The notes below the pieces were generated by a model, which was not told the origin of the DNA, did no database searches, and saw only the letters and a program-made list of their open reading frames with translations. Positions 13,207-25,685 of a stretch of DNA of 64,000 nucleotides are shown here, one piece after another. Positions within the stretch are counted from its first letter, which is position 1. The number at the start of each line of letters is the position of its first letter. The stretch is taken from contig JASTWF010000121.1 in assembly GCA_030390025.1 (NCBI GenBank), positions 992,001 to 1,056,000 of the forward strand. The letters are read 5' to 3'. A program made the position numbers and the translations under genes. This stretch comes from Squalus acanthias (lineage: Eukaryota).

Positions 13207-14639
13207 GTGAGTTCAGTTGGTTTTCGAGGATGTTGCTTTCTGTAATGAGAAGGATCTGTGTGATGGGACAGATCTGATGATGTGTTTGTGTCTTTCTACA
13301 CCACTTTGTCCAGTTATTTCTGCACTTATTTTCCCTCGTGGCACTGTAGACCATCTGAATATTGTCAGTTAAGATGATTGTCCTTGCTCTGTACAGAATG
13401 TACTTTGCTGCATCTGTTCCTGGACTCTGAGAAACTTATCGCACTCCGGCAGATGATGAGATGTGTGGCCATAGACTCCCAAGTTTGAATGAGTGATAGC
13501 TTAGTGGGCAGTAGCTTGTCATACCTTTAATCAGCAAATGTGCTGAATTCCCATCGCCGAACCCTAACTCTACAATCTCCCCCAGCTCTACAATCCTCCA
13601 CCTCATTACTCCATTCTCCTGGCTCTGGTCTGTGGTGCACCTCCTTCCCATTGCCCCACCATTGGTAATAAATCTTTCTGCCGCATGGGCCCGACTCTTT
13701 GGAATTCCCTTCAATCTTCTCTGTCTTCCCCCTTCCACAGCCATACACTCCATCCCATCTTTCAGTGCCAGGCACTCACTCCTGCTTCACTGCCATGCAT
13801 TCGGCCATCCTTCCCCCACCACCATCCATTCCTGCTACTGTCCTTCCCACTACCATCCACTCTCCACCTCCCTCCACTGCTATCCATTGCCCTCCTCAAC
13901 TTCCTGCTTCTATCCATTGTCCTCCTCCCTCTATCTGCCACCCATTATCTTTCTCTCACTTCCACTTTCATTCATTCTCTCTTCTCTCCTTGACTTCCAT
14001 TTTCCTCCCTTCTCTCGCTATCCATTGTGTTCCCCTTGCCATTTGTCCCCCCTCCCCCACTTCCACCCACTTCTACCTGTGTTTGGAGTGAATGCACTGG
14101 ACAGATCCTCGTGGCACTAATGGCCCGCATCGCTGCCTTTCATCAGAATGTGAGTTCCTGCCGACACTGAGGCAGATATCCTGGCCATGAGCACTGGGAG
14201 CGTACTGAGAGGAGAGAGAGACCTGCACTTGGGAGGAGCGGGACTGGGAGGCACTGTGGGGCCCGACAGTGTCGACTTTTCTTACAATGCACTAACACGC
14301 TGACTGGGAACCCAAAACGCTGTCTGCCAGTGCGAGTCACTGATGGTTGGTAACTATGAGTATGTATTGAGTATTTGTTCACCCGAATAATGAAGTGATT
14401 TGCCAAGTTTTCTGGACCAATCTTTCACATCCACAGCTCTGACACATTTCCAATCTCTTTCTCCACTTGTCCTATCGTGGCCTGAGTTGTGAAGCTCAAA
14501 GATTGGGAAAGGCAATCTGCTCTCAGACTGTGCTTTGCTCCCTCTGTGACTGTTTTTATGCAGGTCCCAAAACTCTCTTTTTTTCATCAGCCTGTTTCTT
14601 TTTGCCATGTTCTCAGTGGCTATGCTGCATTTTTATCAA

Positions 14640-17600
14640 GTTGGGGGTTGCGAACCTGTGCAGGGAGACAGAGGAAAGGGAAGCAAGGATAGAAGCAAAA
14701 GACAGGAAGGAGAAAAGCAAAAGTGGCAGTCAGAGGAATCAAGGGTGTAAATCAAACATGGCCACAGTAAATAATAATTCTAAAAGTTCTAAGAGTGTTA
14801 AAAAAACAAGCCTGAAGGCTTTGTGTCTTAATGCAAGGAGCATTCGTAATACGGTGGATGAATTGGCTGCGCAAATAGATGTAAATGGATATGATATAAT
14901 TGGGATTACGGAGACGTGGCTCCAAGGTGACCAAGGCTGGGAATACAACATGCAGGGGTATTCAATATTCAGAAGGGACAGGCAAAAAGGAAAAGGAGGT
15001 GGGGTAGCATTGCTGGTTAAAGAGGAGATTAACACAATAGTAAGGAAGGATATTAGCTCTGACGATGTGGAATCTGTATGGGTAGAGCTGAGAAATACCA
15101 AGGGGCAGAAAACGTTAGAGGGAGTTATATACAGACCCCCAAACAGTAATGCTGAGGTTGGGGATGGAATTAAATGGGAAATTAGAGATGCGTGCAATAA
15201 GGGCACAGCAGTTATCATGGATGGCTTTAATCTACATATAGATTGGGCTAACCAAATTAGTAACAATACTGTGGAGGAGGAATTCCTAGAGTGTATACGG
15301 GATGGTTTCCTGGACCAATATGTCGAGGAACCAACAAGAGATCAGGCCATCTTAGACTGGGTATTATGTAATGAGAAAGGATTAATTAGCAATCTTGTTG
15401 TGCGAGGCCCCTTGGGGAGGAGCGATCATAATATGATAGAATTCTTCATTAAGATGGAGAGTGAAGTAGTTGACTCAGAGACTAGGGTCCTGAATTTAAA
15501 TAAAGGAAACTACGATGGCATGAGGAGTGAATTGGCTAGGGTGGATTGGGGAGCGTTACTTAAAGGGTTGACGGTGGATAGGCAATGGCAAACATTTAAA
15601 GATCGCATGGATGAACTACAGTATTTGTTCAGCCCTGTTTGGCATAAAAATAAAACAAAAATTGTGACTCAACCGTGGCTAACAAGGGAATTTAGGGATA
15701 GCATAAGATCCAAGGAGAGGACATATAAATTGGCCAGAAAAAGCAGCAAACCTGAGGATTGTGAGCAGTTTAGGATTCAGCAAAGGAGAACAAAGGGCTT
15801 AATTAAGAGGGGGGAAATAGAATATGAGAGTAAGCTTGCAGGGAACATAACAACTGACTGTAAAAGCTTCTATAGATATGTGAAGAGAAAAAGATTGGTG
15901 AAGTCATGCGTAGGTCCCTTGCAGTCAGAATCAGGGGAATTTATAATGGGGAACAAAGAAATGGCTGACCAATTAAATACCTACTTTGGTTCTGCCTTCA
16001 CAAAGGAGGACACAAATAACCTCCCAGAGATCTCGGGGAATGTAGGGTCTAATGAGAGGGAAGAACTGAATGAAATCAGTATTTGTAGGGAAATGGTGTT
16101 AGGGAAATTGACGGGATTGAAGGCCAATAAATCCCCAGGGCCTGATAATCTACATCCGAGGGTACTTAAGGAAGTGGCCCTAGAAATATTACATGCATTG
16201 CTGGTCATCTTCCAAAATTCTATAGACTCTGGAACAGTTCCCATGGATTGGAGGGTAGCTAATTTAACCTCACTATTTAAAAAAGGTGGTAGATCGAAAA
16301 CGGGGAATTATAGACCGGTAAGCCAGACATCGGTAGTGGGGAAAATGCTAGAGTCCATTATAAAAGATGCAATAGCAGAGCAGTTGGAAAACAGTGACAG
16401 GATTGGACAAAGTCAACATGGATTTACAAAAGGTAATTCATGCCTTATTAATCTATTGAAAATTTTTGATGATGTAACTGGTAGAATAGATAAGGGAGAA
16501 CCAGTGGATGTGGTGTATTTAGACTTTCAGAAGACTTTTGATAAGGTCCCGCATAAGAGATTGGCGTGCAATGTTAAAGCACATGGGATTGGGGGTAAGG
16601 TACTGACTTGGATAGAGAACTGGTTGGCAGACAGGAAGCAAAGAGTTGGAATAAATAGGTCTTTTTCCGAGTGGCAGGCAGTGACTAGTGGAGTACCACA
16701 GGGATCGGTGCTAGGACCCCAGTTATTCACAATATATATTAATGATCTAGACGAGGGAACTAGATGTAATATCTCTAAGTTTGCAGACGACACAAAGCTG
16801 GGTGGGCGTGTGTGCTGTGAGGAGGATGCAGAGAAACTCCAGTATGATTTGGACAAGTTGGGTGATTGTGCAGATGCATGGCAGATGCTGTATAATGTGG
16901 ATAAATGCGAGGTTATCCACTTTGGTGGCAAAAACATGAAGGCAGATTATTATCTGAATGGCAATAGATTGGGAAAAGGGGAAGTGCAACGAGACCTGGG
17001 AGTCCTTGTGCACCAGTTGTTGAAGGTAAGCATGCAGGTGCAGCAGGCGGTTAAGAAGGCAAATGGTATGTTGGGCTTCATAGCGAGAGGATTCGAGTAC
17101 AGGAGCAAGGATGTCTTGCTACAGTTGTACAGTGCCTTGGTGAGACCACACCTTGAGTATTGTGTCCAGTTTTAGTTGCCTTATCTGAGGAAGGATGTTC
17201 TTGCCATGGAGGGAGTGCAGAGAAGATTCACCAAACTGATACCTGGGATGGCAGGAATGACGTATGAAGAGAGATTGGGATGTTTGGGTTTGTATTCGCT
17301 CGAGTTTAGAAGAATGAGAGGGGATCTCATTGAAATTTATAAAATTCTAACAGGACTAGACAGACTAGATACAGGAAGGATGTTCCCGATGGCGGGGGAG
17401 TCCAGAACCAGGGGTCACAGTCTAAGGATATGGGGTAAGCCATTTAGGACTGAGATGAGGAGGAATTTCTTCACCCAGAGAGTGGTGAACCTGTGGAATT
17501 CTCTACCACAGAAAGCAGTTGAGGCCAACTCATTAAATATATTCAAGAAGGAGATAGATATATTTCTTAAGGCTAAAGGGATCAAGGGATATGGGGAGAA

Positions 17601-17718
17601 AGCAGGGACAGGGTACTGAATTTGGATGATCAGCCATGATCTCATTAAATGGTGGAGCAGGCTCGAGGGGCCGAATGGCCTACTCCTGCTCCTATCTTCT
17701 ATGTTTCTATGTTTCTAT
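14640..17718 (+). mobile_element. CR1 LINE with nearly intact ORF2 (APE endonuclease + RT)
   Basis: [39 protein letters not shown] motifs; a single stop at 17173-17175 (TAG where paralogues have TGG); (TTCTATGT)n tail. Confidence 0.95.
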
Positions 17719-17911
17719 ACCCTTTACTTCGAGCTTCTCTACACGCACTTTACAAGACTGATTTAAGCTGACTTTTTTTGTTTATGGATTTAAGCAAAAT
17801 GTGTAGATTACTGAAATAACAACTAACATGGAGAACATCATCCCAGAGAATTCTTAAACCAACATCAGCAATACATTGGACAATGTAACTATCGTTTGTA
17901 TTTTGTTGTAG

Positions 17912-17953
17912 AACTCAGGAGATCGTCTGGCAGATTCAAATGCCACGTACATG
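17912..17953 (+). CDS. IgSF receptor cytoplasmic exon 2 (first ITAM tyrosine)
   Basis: Acceptor ttttgttgtag|AAC, donor ATG|gtaaga; 42 nt, phase 0/0; NSGDRLADSNATYM. Confidence 0.78.
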
Positions 17954-18089
17954 GTAAGAAACTCCAATTTTAGAACATTAATATTTTCCAAATTGCCCTT
18001 CATTGGGCGCGTGTTACTAGATTGCTAATTCTATCATTGGGCGCGTGTTACTAGATTGCTAATTCTATCATTGCTCTGTTCTCTGTTAG

Positions 18090-18132
18090 GCATTACAGTG
18101 ACCGGATCAGTCCATATACAGTGAGCTTAAAG
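18090..18132 (+). CDS. IgSF receptor cytoplasmic exon 3 (rest of ITAM), containing an in-frame TGA
   Basis: Acceptor ttctctgttag|GCA, donor AAAG|gtatgt; reads ALQ*PDQSIYSELK with TGA at 18099-18101; completes YMAL-x7-YSEL. Confidence 0.75.
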
Positions 18133-18625
18133 GTATGTTTCTGTAACACTTGACAAGGGTGGAGTCAAAGCTTGTGATATCTGTCACTTTTTGTATAAAT
18201 GGTGAAACTGTGGGAAAACCTTCCCCTAAAATGGATCCACAGCAGCAACATTGCATGGACTAGACCCAGAGCAATGAGTCCAGTGTGGTAACGGGCCATC
18301 AGTCGCCCAGTACCGTGATGGATTGAATGTTGTGTGGTAATGAACAGCTTTTACTAAATCATTAACACCCGCTCACACACAAATCCTCTCATTTGTTGAC
18401 ACCGAGTATTGTAACCAGATTAAAAGTAGCCAGTGCAATTTATTTTCTAACTCAACAATTTCCATTGGTTTCAAGGGTTAAGCAAATTATTGGCTCCGAT
18501 TTTTCCAACAAGAGCTATGTCATATCAATTCTGGGAAAATAGACCATAATAATCAAGGGAAAGCTACGTACTCGCAGGCCACTTACATTCCTATAACCAT
18601 TAATTACTTGTCACTATTATTTCAG

Positions 18626-18675
18626 AGATAAATACGTCGACCGCTGATTCATTTTTCAACCTCATTTCTACCTGA
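18626..18675 (+). CDS. Probable terminal exon of the receptor gene
   Basis: Acceptor ctattatttcag|AG; in phase 1 it would read EINTSTADSFFNLIST*. Exact acceptor uncertain (tandem cagag); it lies downstream of the TGA at 18099, so it may be untranslated in this allele. Confidence 0.4.
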
Positions 18676-18896
18676 AGTGCCATCAGAATGATACAGCGAC
18701 TGAAAGAGTTAAATTATGAGGGCGGGTTGCATACATTGGATTTATTGTCTTCAGTTTAGGAGGTCGAGGGGTGATCTAATCGAGGTGTTTATAATGATAA
18801 AGGGATTTGAGAGGGTAGATTGAGAGAAACTATTTCCTCTGGTGGGAGAATCAAGAACAAGGCGGCAGAACCTTAAAATTCGAGCCAGGCCGTTCA

Positions 18897-21800
18897 GGAG
18901 AGAAACTGTTCCAGCAGCATTCCCTGGACAGTGATCAGGAGTGAAACAGTTCCAGCAGCATTCCCGGGACAGTGATCAGGAGTGAAACAGTTCCAGCAGC
19001 ATTCCCTGGACAGTGATCAGGAGTGAAACAGTTCCAGCAGCATTCCCTGGACAGTGATCAGGAGTGAAACAGTTCCAGCAGCATTCCCGGGACAGTGATC
19101 AGGAGTGAAACAGTTCCAGCAGTCCCTGGACAGTGATCAGGAGTGAAACAGTTCCAGCAGTCCCTGGACAGTGATCAGGAGTGAAACAGTTCCAGCATTC
19201 CCTGGACAGTGATCAGGAGTGAAACAGTTCCAGCAGTCCCTGGACAGTGATCAGGAGTGAAACAGTTCCAGCATTCCCTGGACAGTGATCAGGAGTGAAA
19301 CAGTTCCAGCAGCATTCCCTGGACAGTGATCAGGAGTGAAACAGTTCCAGCATTCCCTGGACAGTGATCAGGAGTGAAACAGTTCCAGCATTCCCTGGAC
19401 AGTGATCAGGAGTGAAACAGTTCCAGCAGCATTCCCTGGACAGTGATCAGGAGTGAAACAGTTCCAGCAGCATTCCCTGGACAGTGATCAGGAGTGAAAC
19501 AGTTCCAGCATTCCCTGGACAGTGATCAGGAGTGAAACAGTTCCAGCAGTCCCTGGACAGTGATCAGGAGTGAAACAGTTCCAGCATTCCCTGGACAGTG
19601 ATCAGGAGTGAAACTTTTCCAGCAGCATTCCCTGGACAGTGATCAGGAGTGAAACAGTTCCAGCAGCAGTCCCTGGACAGTGATCAGGAGTGAAACAGTT
19701 CCAGCAGCATTCCCGGGACAGTGATCAGGAGTGAAACAGTTCCCGCAGTCCCTGGACAGTGATCAGGAGTGAAACAGTTCCAGCATTCCCTGGACAGTGA
19801 TCAGGAGTGAAACAGTTCCAGCAGCATTCCCTGGACAGTGATCAGGAGTGAAACAGTTCCAGCAGCAGTCCCTGGACAGTGATCAGGAGTGAAACAGTTC
19901 CAGCAGTCCCTGGACAGTGATCAGGAGTGAAACAGTTCCAGCAGTCCCGGGACAGTGATCAGGAGTGAAACAGTTCCAGCAGCATTCCCTGGACAGTGAT
20001 CAGGAGTGAAACAGTTCCAGCAGCATTCCCTGGACAGTGATCAGGAGTGAAACAGTTCCAGCAGCATTCCCGGGACAGTGATCAGGAGTGAAACAGTTCC
20101 AGCAGCATTCCCTGGACAGTGATCAGGAGTGAAACAGTTCCAGCAGCATTCCCGGGACAGTGATCAGGAGTGAAACAGTTCCAGCAGCATTCCCTGGACA
20201 GTGATCAGGAGTGAAACAGTTCCAGCAGCATTCCCTGGACAGTGATCAGGAGTGAAACAGTTCCAGCAGCATTCCCAGGACAGTGATCAGGAGTGAAACA
20301 GTTCCAGCATTCCCGGGACAGTGATCAGGAGTGAAACAGTTCCAGCATTCCCTGGACAGTGATCAGGAGTGAAACAGTTCCAGCATTCCCTGGACAGTGA
20401 TCAGGAGTGAAACAGTTCCAGCATTCCCTGGACAGTGATCAGGAGTGAAACAGTTCCAGCATTCCCTGGACAGTGATCAGGTGTGAAACAGTTCCAGCAT
20501 TCCCGGGACAGTGATCAGGAGTGAAACAGTTCCAGCAGCATTCCCTGGACAGTGATCAGGAGTGAAACAGTTCCAGCATTCCCTGGACAGTGATCAGGAG
20601 TGAAACAGTTCCAGCATTCCCTGGACAGTGATCAGGAGTGAAACAGTTCCAGCATTCCCTGGACAGTGATCAGGAGTGAAACAGTTCCAGCAGCATTCCC
20701 TGGACAGTGATCAGGAGTGAAACAGTTCCAGCAGCATTCCCGGGACAGTGATCAGGAGTGAAACAGTTCCAGCAGCATTCCCTGGACAGTGATCAGGAGT
20801 GAAACAGTTCCAGCAGCAGTCCCGGGACAGTGATCAGGAGTGAAACAGTTCCAGCATTCCCAGGACAGTGATCAGCAGTGAAACAGTTCCAACAGCAGTC
20901 CCTGGACAGTGATCAGGAGTGAAACAGTTCCAGCAGCATTCCCTGGACAGTGATCAGGAGTGAAACAGTTCCAGCAGTCCCTGGACAGTGATCAGGAGTG
21001 AAACAGTTCCAGCAGCATTCCCTGGACAGTGATCAGGAGTGAAACAGTTCCAGCAGCATTCCCTGGACAGTGATCAGGAGTGAAACAGTTCCAGCAGTCC
21101 CTGGACAGTGATCAGGAGTGAAACAGTTCCAGCAGTCCCTGGACAGTGATCAGGAGTGAAACAGTTCCAGCAGCATTCCCTGGACAGTGATCAGGAGTGA
21201 AACAGTTCCAGCATTCCCGGGACAGTGATCAGGAGTGAAACAGTTCCAGCATTCCCTGGACAGTGATCAGGAGTGAAACAGTTCCAGCAGCATTCCCTGG
21301 ACAGTGATCAGGAGTGAAACAGTTCCAGCAGCATTCCCGGGACAGTGATCAGGAGTGAAACAGTTCCAGCATTCCCGGGACAGTGATCAGGAGTGAAACA
21401 GTTCCAGCATTCCCGGGACAGTGATCAGGAGTGAAACAGTTCCAGCATTCCCTGGACAGTGATCAGGAGTGAAACAGTTCCAGCAGCATTCCCTGGACAG
21501 TGATCAGGAGTGAAACAGTTCCAGCAGCATTCCCGGGACAGTGATCAGGAGTGAAACAGTTCCAGCATTCCCGGGACAGTGATCAGGAGTGAAACAGTTC
21601 CAGCATTCCCTGGACAGTGATCAGGAGTGAAACAGTTCCAGCAGTCCCTGGACAGTGATCAGGAGTGAAACAGTTCCAGCAGCATTCCCTGGACAGTGAT
21701 CAGGAGTGAAACAGTTCCAGCAGTCCCTGGACAGTGATCAGGAGTGAAACAGTTCCAGCAGCATTCCCTGGACAGTGATCAGGAGTGAAACAGTTCCAGC

Positions 21801-22873
21801 AGTCCCTGGACAGTGATCAGGAGTGAAACAGTTCCAGCAGCATTCCCTGGACAGTGATCAGGAGTGAAACAGTTCCAGCAGCATTCCCTGGACAGTGATC
21901 AGGAGTGAAACAGTTCCAGCAGCATTCCCTGGACAGTGATCAGGAGTGAAACAGTTCCAGCAGCATTCCCGGGACAGTGATCAGGAGTGAAACAGTTCCA
22001 GCAGCATTCCCGGGACAGTGATCAGGAGTGAAACAGTTCCAGCAGCATTCCCGGGACAGTGATCAGGAGTGAAACAGTTCCAGCAGCATTCCCTGGACAG
22101 TGATCAGGAATGAAACAGTTCCGGCAGCATTCCCGGGACAGTGATCAGGAGTGAAACAGTTCCAGCAGCATTCCCTGGACAGTGATCAGGAGTGAAACAG
22201 TTCCAGCAGCATTCCCTGGACAGTGATCAGGAGTGAAACAGTTCCAGCATTCCCGGGACAGTGATCAGGAGTGAAACAGTTCCAGCAGCAGTCCCTGGAC
22301 AGTGATCAGGAGTGAAACAGTTCCAGCATTCCCGGGACAGTGATCAGGAGTGAAACAGTTCCAGCATTCCCGGGACAGTGATCAGGAGTGAAACAGTTCC
22401 AGCAGCAATCCCTGGACAGTGATCAGGAGTGAAACAGTTCCAGCAGCATTCCCTGGACAGTGATCAGGAGTGAAACAGTTCCAGCAGCATTCCCTGGACA
22501 GTGATCAGGAGTGAAACAGTTCCAGCAGCATTCCCGCGACAGTGATCAGGAGCGAAACAGTTCCAGCAGCCCCTGGACAGTGATCAGGAGTGAAACAGTT
22601 CCGGCAGCATTCCCGGGACAGTGATCAGGAGTGAAACAGTTCCAGCAGTCCCTGGACAGTGATCAGGAGTGAAACAATTCCGGCAGCATTCCTGGGACAG
22701 TGATCAGGAGTGAAACAGTTCCAGCAGCATTCCCTGGACAGTGATCAGGAGTGAAACAGTTCCAGCAGCATTCCCTGGACAGTGATCAGGAGTGAAACAG
22801 TTCCAGCATTCCCTGGACAGTGATCAGGAGTGAAACAGTTCCAGCAGCAGTCCCTGGACAGTGATCAGGAGTG
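18897..22873. repeat. 38/41-bp minisatellite, ~4 kb, roughly 100 copies
   Basis: Unit GGAGTGAAACAGTTCCAG(CAG)CATTCCCTGGACAGTGATCA with a few recurring variants. Confidence 0.97.
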
Positions 22874-22939
22874 GGAATGCTGACCAGTCATTTTTGTCCC
22901 TGTTCAGCCTGCGGGTCCCTAACTGCCACTGTTGGAGTC

Positions 22940-25685
22940 AACACAGACACTATTACTGAAACACGGCTGAAAGAAGGGCAGGAATGGCAGCTCAACATTC
23001 CTGGTTACAGGGTTTTTAGACGAGATAAAGGGGGATAAAAAAGGAGGGGGTGTCGCAATATTGGTTAACGAAACAATTACAGCTGTGAGCAGGGAAGATA
23101 TGTTGGAAGGATCATGGTACAAGGACTAGGGGGCACAGATTTAAAGTTTTGGGCAAGAGATACAGGAGGATGTGAGTTAAAACCTTTTTACACAGCGAGT
23201 GGTGATGACCTGGAACTCGCTGCCGACAGAAGTGGTGGAAGCGGAGACACTCAGTGTTTTCAAGGGGAGACTGGATAGGCACTTGAGGGAAATAAACTTG
23301 CAGGGCTACGGGGATAGAATGGGGGAATGGGAATGACTGGGTTGCTCTACAGAGAGCCGGCACGGACTCGATGGGCTCGATATGACTCTATGACTCATTA
23401 AATGAGGCCCTATGGGTTGAACTGAAGGACATAAATGGGGCAATTACACTGCTGAGAGTGTACTATAGACCCCCAAATAATCAGAGGGAGATAGAAGAGC
23501 CAATATGTAGGCAAATTTCTGAGAAGTGCAAAACAATAGGGCAGTAATAGTAGGGGATTTCAATGACCCTAACATTAACTAGGATAGAATCTGTGTAGAG
23601 AGTGTGCAGAATTCTGAAAATGCATTCAAGAGAACTTTTTTAGCCAGTACAGAGCAAGTCCAACAAGAGAGGGGGCGGTTCTAGACTTAGTTTTAGGGAA
23701 TGAAGCTGGGCAGGAGGAAGGGGTATCAGTGGGAGAGTATTTTGGTGGTAGTGATCATAATTCAGTTAGATTTAGCGTAGTTATGGAAAAGGACAAAGAT
23801 AGACCAGGAGTAAAAGTTCTCAATTGGGGAAAGGCCAATTTTACTAAGCTTTTTGTGGTACATATCAATGATTTAGACTTCAATGTAGGGGGCATGATTA
23901 AGAAGTTTGCAGATGATACAAAAATTGGCCGTGTGGTTGATAATGAGGAAGAAAGCTGTAGACTGCAGCAAGATATCAATGGACTGGTCAAGTGGGCAAA
24001 CAAGTGGCAAATGGAATTCAATCCAGAGAAGTGTGAGGTAATGCATTTGGGAAGGGCTAACAAGGTAAGGAAATACACCATAAATGGTAGGATACTGAGA
24101 AGAGTAGAGGAACAGAGGGACCTTGGAGTGCATGTCCACAGAACTCTGAAGGTAGCAGGACAGGTAGAAAGGGTGATTAAGGCATGCGGGAAAGATTGGA
24201 TAGGCTGGGATTGTTTTCTTTGGAACAGAGGAGGCTGAGGGGAGACTTGATTGAGGTGTATAAAATTATGAGGGGCCGAGATAGAGTGGATAGGGAGGAC
24301 CTATTTCCCCTAGAAGAGAGGTCAATAACCAGGGGTCATAGATTTAAAGTAACTGATAGAAGGATTAGAGGGGAGGTGAGGAGAACGTCTTTCGCCCAGA
24401 GGGTGGTGGGACGCTGAAACGCTCATCACATTTAAAATGCACTTGGATATGGACTTGAAGTGCCGTAACTTGCAAGGCTATGGATCAAGAGCTGGAATGT
24501 GGGATTGAAGGGATATTTACCAGTCCTAGCCCCTTTAGGGCTACCCCGGATCAGGCGTATTTCTCAGACGTTCATTTTTAACTAAAGTTTGAGGTAGCCG
24601 AATCCTAAAGTTCTGGGCTATCTCTCCCTAAAGGAAAGGAACAACCTGAGAATGTTACCGTCCTCCAGATAGCACTTTTAATAAGTTTAGCTAGACTGTA
24701 ACGTCCCAGATATTAAGAGGGTCCGGAAAACTCCCCTCAGAAATCTGCAACTCTTCATCAAAGAGTGTACAGAGATTGAGTTTGTGAGTTTTTGATACAG
24801 AAGTCTTATGTGCGACAATTCTAAAAATATATAGATTTATTAAAGAACCGACATGCAATCTACAGTTGGTGAATCAGTCAATCGCAACTTTAACAGCTCT
24901 AAAATGAAAAAAAAGTACATCTTTTTAACAGAGAATCTTACTTTTAAATCTTAACTTCGCCACAGTATTACAGTTCTTAAAGGTTTCTTATACAGGATAT
25001 ACATCAATATCAAATACCTTTGATCCCCGAGGTACAAAGAGTGGTAGACTACAGAGCTGCCTCTGAAGCCGAGAATCGCTTTGCCTGATTAAAGCGAGTC
25101 TGAAATTCCATTTGAGAGTTCAATATTTATACCCTTTTCCAGTGGTGTTTCCTTTAAGGTTTTCTGCTGATGCAAGTTAATTATCACTAGTCATCTTTCT
25201 GCCGACCTCTGCCATTCTTACTGCCACATCAGCCAGAACCTTTTCTCATCTCTCGGTGTTCTAAGTTCACCATATAAAAACAGTGTGCTGGGCAGGTGTT
25301 CTTTATTTTATATCATCATTATGAAGTTTAAATTAGAACACCTTATCCAGGGTGAACCATTGTTTTGTTCCCAAAAGGTCAGCTTATCGGAGCCATGCAC
25401 ATTCTGTTTCAATAAGTTTATTTATTCAGTGTCAACAACTGTCTTATCTCAATAGCCAGAATGCTTTCATAGCTATTTCATAGTTAGGTTTCCAAATTCC
25501 CAAACCCAGTTCGTCATGTTTTAATAAGGCCAGAACTCCTTCATAAGATAGTGTATTTTTCTGAATAGGTTATATGTCTTACTCCTTCACAGGATTAGGC
25601 TGGAGAGCTCTTTTTCGGCCGGCACAGACACGATGGGTCGAATGGCCTCCTTCTGTGCTGTAAATTTCTATGATTCTATGATTCA
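22940..25685 (+). mobile_element. Internally deleted CR1 interrupted by another CR1 3' piece (~23113-23395) and by the solo LTR
   Basis: EN motifs (GGGVA, YRPP, SDHN) fused to RT (KFADDTK); the tail resumes after 25591. Confidence 0.8.
24506..25591 (-). mobile_element. Solo LTR of the same foamy-like ERV family
   Basis: + strand TGAAGGGATATT...CCTTCACA, collinear with the proviral LTRs; 4-bp TSD GGAT (24502-24505 and 25592-25595); inserted in the 3' end of a CR1. Confidence 0.92.

Noticed and set aside
13632-14120. Pro/Ser/His-rich ORFs
   Set aside because: Pyrimidine-rich low-complexity intronic tract with no splice or domain support.
18897-22873. Array as an RSS array (GACAGTG-12nt-ACAGTTCCA) or a CRISPR
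   Set aside because: The heptamer lacks the essential CAC and the nonamer matches only 4/9. There are no unique spacers and the DNA is eukaryotic.
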